Shown here one piece after another: positions 19,868 through 30,107 of a stretch of DNA of 64,000 nt (positions are counted from its first letter, which is position 1; the number at the start of each line of letters is the position of its first letter). The translations under genes and the position numbers were made by a program. The DNA comes from Candidatus Daviesbacteria bacterium GW2011_GWA1_41_61 (GTDB taxonomy: Bacteria > Patescibacteriota > Microgenomatia > Daviesbacterales > UBA10151): positions 64,892 to 128,891 of the forward strand of contig LCBT01000003.1 in NCBI GenBank assembly GCA_000997385.1, given 5' to 3'. The notes beneath the pieces are model-generated. The model was not told the origin of the DNA and ran no database searches. It worked only from the letters and a program-made list of their open reading frames with translations.

Positions 19868-21140
19868 CCAACCAAGTGATAATCAAGCCTCATCAGGATG
19901 GAGAGGGGTTTTAAGTAAGCTCAATGCGGGCAGTTTAATAATTGTCCTGTTGGCTTTTGTTTTAGGTTGGCAACTGGGCCACCGCGATTATACCCTCTCT
20001 TTCCAAAGCTATAAACCAAAAATTACCGTCTTAAATGAGCAACCTCCGGCTCAAAATGTTAATCTTGATTTTAAGCTTTTCTGGCAGACCTGGGATTTAG
20101 TTTCCCAAAAATATATCGATAAAAAAGCTATTGACCCTCAAAAGCTTTACTATGGAGCTATCCAAGGGATGGTATCAGCAGTGGGTGATCCTTATACTGT
20201 TTTTTTACCCCCTCAGGCTCAAAAAACAGCTAAAGAACAGCTGGGAGGTTCTTTTGAAGGTGTGGGTATTCAGCTGGGCTATAACAAAGATAAAAGACTG
20301 GTGGTCATTGCTCCTTTAAAAGATACCCCGGCGGATAGGGCTGGAGTGAAGGCCGGGGATTTAATCTTGCAAGTTGATGGTAAAGATACCACCACTTTGT
20401 CTCTCCCTGAAGCAGTAGGGCTAATTAGAGGGCTTAAAGGGAGCACCGTTTCCTTAGAACTTTTGGGGGAAAAGGAACAAAAGTCCAAAGAGGTTAAATT
20501 AATCCGGGATACTATTATTGTCAAAACAGTTGAGTTTGAGGCCAAAAATACCAAAAATGGTCAGAAGGTAGGGTATTTACGGCTTTCCGGGTTTGGGGAA
20601 AAGACTAAAAGTGAATGGGATGAGGCTGTTTCCGGCCTTTTAGCTGCTTCAGTATCGGGGGTGATTGTTGATGTCCGTAACAACCCGGGAGGGTTTTTAG
20701 AGGCAGCTGTTTATATATCTTCAGAGTTTTTAGATGGAGGTAAGGTGGTTTTACAGGAGGATGCTAAAGGAGTAAGGCAGGAGCAGGGGGTGATCCGTTC
20801 CGGGAAAATTTTAAGATTACCGCTGGTGGTTTTAATCAATAAAGGTTCAGCTTCGGCTTCGGAGATTTTGGCTGGGGCGATCCAAGACCGGGGACGGGGG
20901 ACTTTGGTAGGAGAGCAATCTTTTGGTAAAGGAACTATTCAAACTGCTGAGGATTTGCCGCAAGAAACAGGTATTCATATCACCACAGCCAAGTGGCTGA
21001 CTCCGGGCGGTCGGTGGATTCATGACACCGGGCTAACCCCGGATACAGCAGTCAAGATGGAAGATGAGGAAGATGCTGCCACTGAGCAAAAAGACCCCCA
21101 ACTGGAAGCAGCCCTGGAAATTTTGGACCGAAAGATTTAA
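19854..21140 (+). CDS. ctpA: carboxyl-terminal processing protease S41
   Basis: DPYT, PDZ domain, DVRNNPGG, SASASEI and SFGKG motifs. Confidence 0.93.
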   Translation: MKEINQPSDNQASSGWRGVLSKLNAGSLIIVLLAFVLGWQLGHRDYTLSFQSYKPKITVLNEQPPAQNVNLDFKLFWQTWDLVSQKYIDKKAIDPQKLYYGAIQGMVSAVGDPYTVFLPPQAQKTAKEQLGGSFEGVGIQLGYNKDKRLVVIAPLKDTPADRAGVKAGDLILQVDGKDTTTLSLPEAVGLIRGLKGSTVSLELLGEKEQKSKEVKLIRDTIIVKTVEFEAKNTKNGQKVGYLRLSGFGEKTKSEWDEAVSGLLAASVSGVIVDVRNNPGGFLEAAVYISSEFLDGGKVVLQEDAKGVRQEQGVIRSGKILRLPLVVLINKGSASASEILAGAIQDRGRGTLVGEQSFGKGTIQTAEDLPQETGIHITTAKWLTPGGRWIHDTGLTPDTAVKMEDEEDAATEQKDPQLEAALEILDRKI

Positions 21141-21153
21141 AATTAATCACACC

Positions 21154-22287
21154 ATGGAATCTAAAACTGCCAAACCATTTTCACTCTTTACCATTTTAGT
21201 GTTAGCAATAGTGTTAGGGTCTTTAGCCGGGGCAGCTATTTTCCAGGCTGCTTCCCAGGGATATCTGCCTTTTAAGACTAATTTACCTAAAATTTCCACA
21301 CCCTTAGAACAAAAAACCCAAACTATTTTGAATGAAGAAAATGCAGTCATTGATGTGGTGGATAAAACCTCCTCTTCAGTGGTGGCCATCGGGGCAACCA
21401 GAAAGGTTTTTAACCCCTTTGATCCTTTCTCGGTTCCCAGAAACCAAAGCAGCACCATTGGTACTGGTTTTGTGGTTTCTGACAAAGGGATTATCGTGAC
21501 TAACAAACATGTAGTTTCTGATTCTGATACCCGTTATACGGTTGTAACCCGCGATGGGAAAAGGTTTGATGTGCAAAAAATTTACCGGGATCCAATACTC
21601 GATCTGGCTTTGGTCCAAATAGACGGATCTGATTTTAAAGCTTTAGAGCTGGGGGATTCCTCCCAGTTGAAAGTAGGGCAAACAGTCATTGCTATTGGTA
21701 ATGCTTTGGGCAAGTTTACCAACACTGTAACTACCGGAGTAGTTTCCGGGTTAGGCAGAAGGGTGGTGGCAGGGGATCCTTTCTCAGGGTCAGCGGAAAG
21801 CTTGGATGATTTAGTACAAACAGATGCTGCCATCAACCCGGGAAATTCCGGAGGGCCGCTTTTAAATTCCGCCGGTCAGGTGATTGGCTTAAATGTGGCT
21901 ACTACCGAGGGAGCTCAAAACATTGGTTTTGCGATTCCTATAAACTCTGTTAAAAAGATTGTTGATGAGTTTGTGCAAAAAGGAACAGTTTCCAGGCCGT
22001 TTTTGGGGATTAGGTACAGGTTTATCTCTAAAGATTTAGCTATTTTAAATGAACTGCCTCAGGGAGCCTATATTCAAGAGGTAGTAGAAAACTCCTCAGC
22101 TTCCAAGGCTGGTGTACAAACTGGTGATATTATTACCAAAGTTGATGGGCAGGCAGTAGATTCAGAAACTAAAATTTCCGAAGTTATTGCCGGTAAGAAA
22201 ACCGGAGATAGGGTCGAGATGGTTATCTGGAATGATGGTAAGGAAAAAACAGTTACTGCTACTCTCCAAGAAAGCCCTAATCAGTAA
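21154..22287 (+). CDS. htrA: HtrA/DegP serine protease with PDZ
   Basis: TNKHVV, QTDAAINPGNSGGPL, PDZ domain. Confidence 0.93.
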   Translation: MESKTAKPFSLFTILVLAIVLGSLAGAAIFQAASQGYLPFKTNLPKISTPLEQKTQTILNEENAVIDVVDKTSSSVVAIGATRKVFNPFDPFSVPRNQSSTIGTGFVVSDKGIIVTNKHVVSDSDTRYTVVTRDGKRFDVQKIYRDPILDLALVQIDGSDFKALELGDSSQLKVGQTVIAIGNALGKFTNTVTTGVVSGLGRRVVAGDPFSGSAESLDDLVQTDAAINPGNSGGPLLNSAGQVIGLNVATTEGAQNIGFAIPINSVKKIVDEFVQKGTVSRPFLGIRYRFISKDLAILNELPQGAYIQEVVENSSASKAGVQTGDIITKVDGQAVDSETKISEVIAGKKTGDRVEMVIWNDGKEKTVTATLQESPNQ

Positions 22288-22306
22288 AAAGAAAAACACC
22301 CAACTA

Positions 22307-22987
22307 TTATTGATATTTAATAGTTAGTACCCTTTGAAGGTGAGTTAGATCTTTTTTAACCTCTACTGAGGCTTTGGGGAAGTATTTAGAAGCTTCCAGA
22401 TAAGCTAAATCTCCATGGGTATAATCTATTTCTCCTAAAATCAGCTTTGGTTTCCAGCCCTTGTCCCCAATTTGCTGAAATAGCTTTCTGTAAAGCTTGA
22501 AACCATCGTCTCCTCCATCTAAAGCTGCTAGAGGTTCATAGTCTTTGACAGAAGAGTCTAAATAAGGAATTCTGGCAGAAGGGATATAAGGTAAGTTAGT
22601 GACAATAATATCTGGATAAAATGTACAACCCCCGAGCTTGGACAAAAGATTGCTCTGGAGGAAAGTAATTTTATCTTCTACTCCATGAAGCTTAGCGTTT
22701 TGCCGGGCTACTTTAATGGCTTTTGGGGAGATATCAGTAGCAATAATTTGTGCGTCCACTTGAAGGGTGGACAGGCCTTTAGTAATAGAGATGGCGATAT
22801 TGCCGGAGCCAGTACCAAGGTCAAGAATGCAGAGTTCAGAGTAATGAGTTATGAATGCTTCTACCCATCTTAAAACTTCGTCTACTAAAAGTTCTGTTTC
22901 CGGACGGGGGATTAAGACATCAGGGGTAACTTTGAACCGGAGTTTGTAAAATTCAACCCAACCTCTTTGGTACTGTCTTGGCTGCAT
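22307..22987 (-). CDS. prmC: release factor glutamine methyltransferase
   Basis: LIPRPETE, DLGTGSG, NLPY; adjacent to prfA. Confidence 0.9.
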   Translation of the reverse strand: MQPRQYQRGWVEFYKLRFKVTPDVLIPRPETELLVDEVLRWVEAFITHYSELCILDLGTGSGNIAISITKGLSTLQVDAQIIATDISPKAIKVARQNAKLHGVEDKITFLQSNLLSKLGGCTFYPDIIVTNLPYIPSARIPYLDSSVKDYEPLAALDGGDDGFKLYRKLFQQIGDKGWKPKLILGEIDYTHGDLAYLEASKYFPKASVEVKKDLTHLQRVLTIKYQ

Positions 22988-23000
22988 ATGACAAAGATTT

Positions 23001-23888
23001 TTAAACTTCTTCCTTACCTGCTTCTTCCCGGATAACTTCCAGCACCGGCTCAAGGTTCCCTTCCATGATTTTTTCCAGGTTGTACCAGGATTTACCAATC
23101 CGATGATCAGTGATCCTGTTTTGGGGAAAATTATAAGTCCTGATTTTTTCACTTCTGCCCCCTTCTCCTACAGAAAGTTTCCTTTGCTTTGATATGGAAT
23201 TGAGTCTTTCTTCTTCTTGTTTCTCCCACAGTTTAGCTCGAAGTAGGGCCATGGCATTTTCCCTGTTTTGTAGCTGGGATCTTTCCGTTTGACAGGTAAT
23301 AACAATACCAGAAGGTAAATGTTTTAATCTGACAGCGGTATTTACTTTATTAACATTTTTAATATAAACTTCTGCCTCAGGCACTTGGGGTAAAACTGCC
23401 ACAGTAGCTGTGGAGGTATGGATTCTGCCTGAGGCTTCGGTCTCCGGCACTCTTTGCACCCGGTGGACACCTGATTCATACTGCAGAGATTGATAGGCTC
23501 CCTGACCGGCTATTTTAATAACTACCTCCTTGATCTGGCCAATCTTGCCTTCAGACCGGTCTAACTCCTCAATTTTCCAGCCTTGGTTTTGGGAAAATCT
23601 GCTGTACATTCTGGTTAAGTCTCCGGCAAAAAGCCCTGCCTCATCACCTCCGGCAGCTGACCTGATTTCTAAGATAGCTATGTTAGGATTGACCCCCTCA
23701 CCTGATTCCTCTTCTCCCTCTTGGGACATAGGAGTAGCGGCAGAAGATTCAAGCTCCTCCTTCTGTCTTTTTAGATCTTCAATTTCCAAGCGTGCTAAAG
23801 CAGCTAGCTCTGGGTCGGAAAGCAGCTTTTGTGTGTCTTTGATTTTTTGATCTATTTGTTCTAGTTGTTGTTGAATATAATCGTCCAT
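23001..23888 (-). CDS. prfA: peptide chain release factor 1, lacking the GGQ loop as assembled
   Basis: [51 protein letters not shown]; reads VYIK-NVNKV with no GGQ. Confidence 0.85.
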   Translation of the reverse strand: MDDYIQQQLEQIDQKIKDTQKLLSDPELAALARLEIEDLKRQKEELESSAATPMSQEGEEESGEGVNPNIAILEIRSAAGGDEAGLFAGDLTRMYSRFSQNQGWKIEELDRSEGKIGQIKEVVIKIAGQGAYQSLQYESGVHRVQRVPETEASGRIHTSTATVAVLPQVPEAEVYIKNVNKVNTAVRLKHLPSGIVITCQTERSQLQNRENAMALLRAKLWEKQEEERLNSISKQRKLSVGEGGRSEKIRTYNFPQNRITDHRIGKSWYNLEKIMEGNLEPVLEVIREEAGKEEV

Positions 23889-23970
23889 AGGATAATTATA
23901 CTGCTGTCACTGGGAACTTGTCTCAGAATCTTAGATCCCGAAACGATTTCGGGTGACAAGTAGAAGGCAG

Positions 23971-24297
23971 CTAAGACGCAACGTTTTTTCTGGCTTGGAG
24001 GAGTAAGTCTTTGAGGCTTTTCTTCTCAGTAGTTTGCTTTTGGACTTTAGAAGCCCTGACCGCGGTAATTTTAGCTCTTTCCGCCTTTTTAACTTCAGCT
24101 AAAGCCCCTCTTTTACCGAATTTTTCTACCTGCCCTTGGGTATCAATATACTTCTGTTGGCCGGTAAAGAAAGGGTGGCACTTGGCACAAATTTCCACTT
24201 TAATTGCCTGCAGTGTAGAGCCGGTAACAAAGGTGTTGCCGCAAACGCAGGTAACTTTAGCATCATTATAATAAGTTGGATGAATACTAGCTTTCAT
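23971..24297 (-). CDS. rpmE: 50S ribosomal protein L31
   Basis: MKASIHP, CVCG and [10 protein letters not shown] motifs. Confidence 0.95.
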   Translation of the reverse strand: MKASIHPTYYNDAKVTCVCGNTFVTGSTLQAIKVEICAKCHPFFTGQQKYIDTQGQVEKFGKRGALAEVKKAERAKITAVRASKVQKQTTEKKSLKDLLLQARKNVAS

Positions 24298-24364
24298 GAC
24301 TGGAGTAGTATAGCAAAATAAGCGACTAGAGTCCAGACTCAGAGTCTATGTCACTAGACTCTAA

Positions 24365-25351
24365 TTATACTCTGTGGGCTTTGTGGTGTTTATGCTGCTC
24401 TTTGGCTAAAGTGCTCCAGTAAACTCCCAGTCCTATTAATAAGGCTCCTATGACAAAAGTAAACCTGATCTGTTCCCCTAAGAGTAGTATTCCTAAAGTG
24501 ACAGCAATAACAGGCTCTATATATTGAAAAAGATCGGCTTTGACTACCCCCAGCTTCCCTAAACCCCATTCAAATAAAAAATAAGCTGAGGTAGAAGACA
24601 AAACAGCAATATAAATAATACCAAAGATTCCCAGGAAAGTCATTTTTAAGGGCCAGCTGGGGTTTTGGAAGTACTCTACAGCAGCAGGAAGGGCAAAGGT
24701 GATCATTCCTACCAAAAAGACAATGGCAGTAATAGTTAAGGTAGAGTATTTTGTAAGCATCTTTTTAGACAGGATAGCTCCAGCCACCCAGGATATAGAA
24801 GCTAGAATGATTAACAGGTTGCCTAAAATAGCCTCTGAAAATAGGGAAGTCCCCAAAATATAGACAGGCAAGCCGATAACCAAAGCTGCTCCCAGCAAAC
24901 CCAGTAAGATGCCAAAAAGGTTAAAGGTATAGATCTTCTCTTTAAAAATCCACCAGGCAGTTAAAACGGAAACTACCGGAATAGTCATGGTCAGTACTGA
25001 GGCGGTGGTGGCGGTAGTTCTGGCTATTCCCAGATAAAAAAGGGCAATGTTTAAAGTAGACATTAAAGCTCCAATAGCAATCAGTTGAGGCAGGTCTTTT
25101 TTGCTGATCTTTAATTTATCCCTTTCTATTAATAAAAAAGGCAGTAGAAGCAGAGTAGCCAGGGTAAAACGGACAAAAGCCAAAGACATGGGGGGAACTT
25201 CTTGTAAGGTAACTTTGGCTACTACAAAGTTAATCCCCCAAATAGTATGAGCTGCCAAAACAGCTGCATAAGGCCAGGCAACAGTTACTAAATTTCTACT
25301 GCCAAGGTTAAAGTTTAACAATTTTTGAATTTTTAATACTGCTGTAGTCAT
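24365..25351 (-). CDS. DMT/EamA family transporter
   Basis: About 10 TM segments; IWGINF and YIEPVIAV motifs. Confidence 0.88.
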   Translation of the reverse strand: MTTAVLKIQKLLNFNLGSRNLVTVAWPYAAVLAAHTIWGINFVVAKVTLQEVPPMSLAFVRFTLATLLLLPFLLIERDKLKISKKDLPQLIAIGALMSTLNIALFYLGIARTTATTASVLTMTIPVVSVLTAWWIFKEKIYTFNLFGILLGLLGAALVIGLPVYILGTSLFSEAILGNLLIILASISWVAGAILSKKMLTKYSTLTITAIVFLVGMITFALPAAVEYFQNPSWPLKMTFLGIFGIIYIAVLSSTSAYFLFEWGLGKLGVVKADLFQYIEPVIAVTLGILLLGEQIRFTFVIGALLIGLGVYWSTLAKEQHKHHKAHRV

Positions 25352-26556
25352 CTTGAGTTAGAGAGTTTATCAACAACTTCAGGAAAGGAAAGCAAGACCT
25401 GAGACTTCAAAGTTAAATCTTTCAAAGCTATTTTTCCTGAAGTTGCTTCGTCGGGGCCAATAATGACAACATAAGGGATGCTTTTTTGATCAGCATATTT
25501 TAACTGTTTGTCCAGTTTGGAATCAGCATCTAACCAGAGTTCAGTATTAATATTGTTGGCCCGTAGTTTTTCAGCTACTTTTAAAGAATTAGCAAGATAA
25601 GTAGGGGAAAAAATTGTCACCAGGACTGAAGCTGAGGAGGAAGTTTCAAGCAAAATCCCTTGCTCCTTCAATACCTCTACAGTTCTGTCAAAACCTAAAC
25701 CAAAACCTACTGCCGGTAAGTTTTGTCCGGTAAAATTACCAATAAGGTTGTCCCATCTTCCTCCACTGCAAATTGACCCTGTACTGCCCTCCGCTACAGT
25801 CTCAAAGATCATGCCGGTATAGTAATCTAACCCTCTGGCCAGTGTTGGTTCATATTTGATCTTTTCCATATCTGTTCCCATTTGTTTTAAATGATCTAGG
25901 ATTTGTTGAAGGTTGGCGGTAAGGGGTTTGTTTTGCAGCGTCTTTAAAGCTTCCTGGGCCTCTTTTTCAACCATACCTTTTTGTACCATCTCTGAAAGGA
26001 CACCGCTTTCACCAATTTTTTCTAATTTATCAATAGCTGCCACATATTTTTTCTCTAAGCCCTCAAAGTTTATCCGGTCATTTATTTTAATGGTGATATT
26101 TAATCCTAGATTTTGGTAAATGTTTAGAACCAGGTTTATTATCTCTGCATCAGCCAAAGGAGATGAGGCACCAACAATATCCGCATCACATTGTAAAAAT
26201 TCCCGGTAACGTCCTTTTTGAGGGCTTTCTCCTCTCCAAACCGGCTGAGTCTGGTATCTTTTAAAAGGCTTTGCTAAGTTATGGTAAGAGGCCAAAACCC
26301 GGGCTAATGGTACAGTTTGATCATATCTTAAGGCCACTTCATCTCCGCCTCTAGTTTTAAACTCATAAATTAACTTTTCTTCTTCCCCGTATTTACCTTT
26401 TAAAACTGAAGCGTATTCTAAAGCCGGCGTTTCTAAGGGTTCAAAGCCGAAAAGACGGAACGTGGAGACTATTTTTTCCAAAACGTATCTTCGGGTATTG
26501 GCTTGCTCCGGCAAAAAATCCCGAAATCCTTTAACCGCTTGTAAAGGTTGTCCCAT
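25348..26556 (-). CDS. hisS: histidine--tRNA ligase (housekeeping copy)
   Basis: KGFRDFLP, LRYDQTVP, GRYREFLQCDAD, ARGLDYYTG, GGRWD, anticodon-binding domain. Confidence 0.93.
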   Translation of the reverse strand: MGQPLQAVKGFRDFLPEQANTRRYVLEKIVSTFRLFGFEPLETPALEYASVLKGKYGEEEKLIYEFKTRGGDEVALRYDQTVPLARVLASYHNLAKPFKRYQTQPVWRGESPQKGRYREFLQCDADIVGASSPLADAEIINLVLNIYQNLGLNITIKINDRINFEGLEKKYVAAIDKLEKIGESGVLSEMVQKGMVEKEAQEALKTLQNKPLTANLQQILDHLKQMGTDMEKIKYEPTLARGLDYYTGMIFETVAEGSTGSICSGGRWDNLIGNFTGQNLPAVGFGLGFDRTVEVLKEQGILLETSSSASVLVTIFSPTYLANSLKVAEKLRANNINTELWLDADSKLDKQLKYADQKSIPYVVIIGPDEATSGKIALKDLTLKSQVLLSFPEVVDKLSNSR

Positions 26557-26614
26557 ACAACAAATATTATCTCACAAAAAATACCATTGAGGTAGTGCAG
26601 CCGGGTGTACACAC

Positions 26615-26637
26615 TGTCCACCTGAAAGGTGGACGCA
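26615..26637. repeat. REP-like palindrome; related copy inside prmC at 22751-22773
   Basis: TGTCCACCT-GAA-AGGTGGACGCA; its reverse complement resembles TGCGTCCACTTGAAGGGTGGACA in prmC. Confidence 0.6.
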
Positions 26638-26646
26638 TAAAGTATT

Positions 26647-27369
26647 TTAAGAGGATGTTGGATTTTGGCTAGGGGTAGGGGTAATGGTAGCGGGATCAGG
26701 GAAAAGGTAAATAAATCTGGCTTTAAATATTCCACCGAGACCTTTTATAAGGACGGCGGTAATTTTTTGTCCTGCTTTAAGATCCTTGGATGTGCCATTT
26801 TTGCCTGATATTTTGATTTTAGTTTTACTGTCAAAACTAAAGGTAATTTGTTGATCCTTTTTATCTTTAATAGCCAGGGTTTTTTTATCAGCCGAGATTA
26901 TTTGACCAAAAACAACTTGTCTATCATTAACCTTTAAAGCCTGGGTTTTAATGATCCTTTTGGCCAGTAAGGTTTCTTTATCATCAACATCTCCTAAAAC
27001 TACGACAAAATCACCTACAGCTAAATTTTTAAAGGTAAGTTTTCCCCCCCCTAAATAATCAGTGTAATCTTTAATCTCGATCTTTTTATCTCCCTTTTTG
27101 GTATTTAGAACAAAGGTATTATCCCCTTTAGAGCTGATGCTCCCCAGATAAACTTTATTTTGTAACTTTTTACCCATCTCAACTTTTAATTGATTAGCTT
27201 TGGAAGCAATCTCCTCCTGTAAAGCTTTTAGTTTGGCTTTAATATCAGCACTGACAGTGGAAGCAGGAGATGATTCCTGGGCTGAAACTTGAGAAGTTGA
27301 GGGTTGAAAGTGGAGAGTTGAAAGTAAAAAAATGATGACAAATATTTTCCAGTTGTAAATTATTTTCAT
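26647..27369 (-). CDS. secreted protein with OB-fold-like (DUF5666-like) repeats
   Basis: Signal peptide; two repeats of G.I...DLK.G..V.V. Confidence 0.6.
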   Translation of the reverse strand: MKIIYNWKIFVIIFLLSTLHFQPSTSQVSAQESSPASTVSADIKAKLKALQEEIASKANQLKVEMGKKLQNKVYLGSISSKGDNTFVLNTKKGDKKIEIKDYTDYLGGGKLTFKNLAVGDFVVVLGDVDDKETLLAKRIIKTQALKVNDRQVVFGQIISADKKTLAIKDKKDQQITFSFDSKTKIKISGKNGTSKDLKAGQKITAVLIKGLGGIFKARFIYLFPDPATITPTPSQNPTSS

Positions 27370-27830
27370 AGTTTCTCCTTGGAATAGTACACCGTTCTTT
27401 CTTCCTGCTTGAGATCTCCATCTTTATTGATGGCAGTGACTGTAAACTGATTGACCCCTTCATCCATATAAACGGTAGTGGAGAACTCTCCGGAGGGAGA
27501 AGGCTCTAAAGCCAAATCGCTACTTTCAAAACTGATTAAGATCAAAGAACCCGGGGTGGTTTTGCCTTGCAGCAGTATGTTTTCATCAAAGACCAGCTGA
27601 TTATCATCCGGGCTGGAAAGGTTTAAGGTCATGCCTGAAGGCAGGGAGGTAATTGGCTTAAGAGGTAAGGATAAAAGAGTAAGAGGGGGAGGAGCAGCGG
27701 GGAAAGTTTTCTGAGACAGAAACTGTTTAAAGGTATTAAGATATCCTAGTCTCCAGGCTATGGTGGCTCCCATAATGAAAGCAACAATAGAGATAATGAT
27801 GACTGTCCAAATTAGAACTTTTTTCATCAA
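27366..27830 (-). CDS. membrane-anchored Ig-like domain protein
   Basis: N-terminal TM; LSSPDD...GKT...GEFS...EGVN. Confidence 0.6.
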   Translation of the reverse strand: MMKKVLIWTVIIISIVAFIMGATIAWRLGYLNTFKQFLSQKTFPAAPPPLTLLSLPLKPITSLPSGMTLNLSSPDDNQLVFDENILLQGKTTPGSLILISFESSDLALEPSPSGEFSTTVYMDEGVNQFTVTAINKDGDLKQEERTVYYSKEKL

Positions 27831-27936
27831 ATTAGTTTATCAGAAGTTATACTATCATTTTTAAGAAAGAATTAGAAGTTGGTGATATATTTAGTCCATC
27901 TTGTTTGAAAGAGAAAAATTATGATAACATCTGGCC

Positions 27937-28578
27937 ATGGATATTTACTGGTATGGTCAATCCTGCTTTCGTATCAAGGGCAAAAGCACCACGGTTATTT
28001 TAGATCCTTTTGATCCTGAGTATACCGGTCTAAAGCTGCCTGTCAAAGAGATGGAAGCTCAAATAGTTTTATCGACCCATGATCACAAAGATCATAATAA
28101 TGTGGGAGTGGTCAGCGGGGATCCTTTAGTCATCACCGGTCCTGGTGAGTATGAGGTTAAGGGAGTAACTATTAATGGAGCCCAAGTTTATCATGATAAC
28201 TCCTCCGGCAGTGAGAGGGGAAGGAGCACAATCTACCACTTAGTGATTGATGGAGTAAATATTGTCCATGTTGGAGATTTGGGGCATATTTTAAATGAGG
28301 AGCAAATCAGCCAAATTGAGACTACAGATATTTTACTGGTGCCGGTAGGGGGGATTTATACTATTGACGGGGAAACGGCTGCCAAGGTGGTAGCTCAATT
28401 TGAGCCTAAGGTGGTTATCCCCATGCACTATAAAATCCCCGGGTTAAAGTTTGACCTTAAAGAGGTCGAACCATTTTTAAAGGAGATGGGAGCAGAAAAT
28501 GTTGAGCCGGTCAGTAAATTAACTATCACCCGCGATAAGCTGCCTGAAGAAACAACAGTAGTACTGCTTGGACTTTAA
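27937..28578 (+). CDS. MBL-fold metallo-hydrolase
   Basis: GQSCF, THDHKDH, HVGD and IPMHY motifs. Confidence 0.9.
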   Translation: MDIYWYGQSCFRIKGKSTTVILDPFDPEYTGLKLPVKEMEAQIVLSTHDHKDHNNVGVVSGDPLVITGPGEYEVKGVTINGAQVYHDNSSGSERGRSTIYHLVIDGVNIVHVGDLGHILNEEQISQIETTDILLVPVGGIYTIDGETAAKVVAQFEPKVVIPMHYKIPGLKFDLKEVEPFLKEMGAENVEPVSKLTITRDKLPEETTVVLLGL

Positions 28579-28582
28579 GATT

Positions 28583-29941
28583 ATGGCGCAGACCACTAAG
28601 CTTCCTCCGCAAAATATTGAAGCTGAACAATCCCTTTTGGGAGCACTGCTCATTGATAAAGACTCTATTGTCAGGATTGCTGAAACCTTGCACCCGACTC
28701 ATTTTTACCGCACTGAGCAGCACGGCAGAATCTTTGAAGCCATTTTAGATCTTTTTGACAAAAGAGAACCGGTGGATCTGGTGACTATCACCGAGAAACT
28801 GCGGCAAAAAGATTCTCTGGACTTAGTGGGAGGCCCGGCATACCTTACAACTTTGGTCAACACCGTCCCTACTTCAGCCCATATTGAATCTTATGCCCGG
28901 ATTATTAAAGAACATGCTATGCGGCGTAAACTGATCGCCGAGTGTACCAAATTGGTGGAATCAGCCTATGATGAATCAGTTCCGGTGGAGACGCTTTTGG
29001 ATGATGCTCAGCAAGGTGTCTTCGCCATTTCTCAACAAAACATCAAAAGGGATTTTGTCCCCTTAAAAGATTTACTGACTGTTTCTTTTGACCGTTTGGA
29101 TGAGCTGCAGAAAAATTCCGGCAAACTCCGTGGTGTGCCCACCGGTTTTAAAGATTTGGATAATAAATTGGCCGGGCTTCAAGAGTCAAATTTAATTATC
29201 TTTGCTGCCAGGCCCGGTCAGGGAAAAACCTCTTTCGTGTTGAATGTGGCTGAGTATGTGGCAGTGAAAACCGGCCTTCCGGTAGGCATTTTCTCTTTGG
29301 AGATGTCTCAAGAGGAGTTAGTAGACAGGATTATTGTTTCTAAAGCTGAGATTGATTCCTGGAAGTTAAAAACAGGCAAATTAGATGATGCTGATTTTGA
29401 CAAGATTTCGGCAGCTTATGGAGAGTTGGCTGAGGCTCCGCTTTTTATTGATGATACCCCCGGTTTGTCTTTGGCGGAGATTAGGACTAAAGCCAGGAGA
29501 CTGCAGATGGAGCATGGGTTAAAGCTTCTGATTGTGGACTATCTGCAGCTGATTCACGGGAGGAATCTGGAAAACCGGGTACAGGAAGTCTCAGAAATCT
29601 CCCAGGGCCTTAAAAATTTAGCCAGGGAGTTAAAGATTCCCGTTTTAGCAGTTTCTCAGCTTTCCCGGGCAGTGGAAAGTAGGGCAACCAGGAGGCCACA
29701 ACTGGCTGACCTTCGGGAATCCGGAGCTATTGAGCAGGATGCGGATGTGGTGATGTTTATTTACCGGGAGGATCCGGACAATATTTCTGATGTGACTTTG
29801 GATATCCAAAAACACAGAAATGGGGCTACCGGTGAAATTAAACTGGTGTTTATCGGGGAAAGAACCAAGTTTTACGGTATGGAAAAACATCGGGCTAAAC
29901 CAGCAGAAAAAAGTGAAGAAAAAGCTCCCACTGCAGCCTGA
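28583..29941 (+). CDS. dnaB: replicative DNA helicase
   Basis: PPQNIEAEQ, ARPGQGKT, VDYLQL and LRESGAIEQDAD motifs. Confidence 0.96.
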   Translation: MAQTTKLPPQNIEAEQSLLGALLIDKDSIVRIAETLHPTHFYRTEQHGRIFEAILDLFDKREPVDLVTITEKLRQKDSLDLVGGPAYLTTLVNTVPTSAHIESYARIIKEHAMRRKLIAECTKLVESAYDESVPVETLLDDAQQGVFAISQQNIKRDFVPLKDLLTVSFDRLDELQKNSGKLRGVPTGFKDLDNKLAGLQESNLIIFAARPGQGKTSFVLNVAEYVAVKTGLPVGIFSLEMSQEELVDRIIVSKAEIDSWKLKTGKLDDADFDKISAAYGELAEAPLFIDDTPGLSLAEIRTKARRLQMEHGLKLLIVDYLQLIHGRNLENRVQEVSEISQGLKNLARELKIPVLAVSQLSRAVESRATRRPQLADLRESGAIEQDADVVMFIYREDPDNISDVTLDIQKHRNGATGEIKLVFIGERTKFYGMEKHRAKPAEKSEEKAPTAA

Positions 29942-29949
29942 AAGAAAAG

Positions 29950-30032
29950 TGCCGGGAGAGGGACTCGAACCCTCATGATTTTGCAACCAAAGGTTTTTGA
30001 GACCTTCGCGTCTACCATTTCGCCACCCCGGC
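29950..30032 (-). tRNA. tRNA-Leu(CAA)
   Basis: Reverse complement GCCGGGGTGGCGAAATGGTAGACGCG-AAGGT-CTCAAAA-ACCTT, long variable arm, GGTTCGAGTCC, CCCGGCA. Confidence 0.93.
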
Positions 30033-30107
30033 AGGGAAGATACATAGGTATTTTATCAGAATTTAAGGTTAGTTGACAATTTAAAGGTTGGTCAGTATAT
30101 TTACCAT

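Noticed and set aside
1242-23888. Amber (TAG) recoding, suggested by the GGQ-less RF1 plus an in-frame TAG at 1242-1244
   Set aside because: Conserved genes (ychF, ssb, rpsR, rpmE) end at TAG at their expected C-termini, and long ORFs have no internal TAGs.
23905-23960. Imperfect palindrome between prfA and rpmE (and GTCATTGCGAGCGTAGCGAAGCAATC near 53038) as ncRNA or riboswitch
   Set aside because: They look like degenerate REP-type or terminator hairpins, and no RNA family could be supported by eye.
29950-30032. tRNA-Leu as an integration site
   Set aside because: It is flanked by core dnaB and efp, with no integrase or duplicated tRNA 3' end seen.
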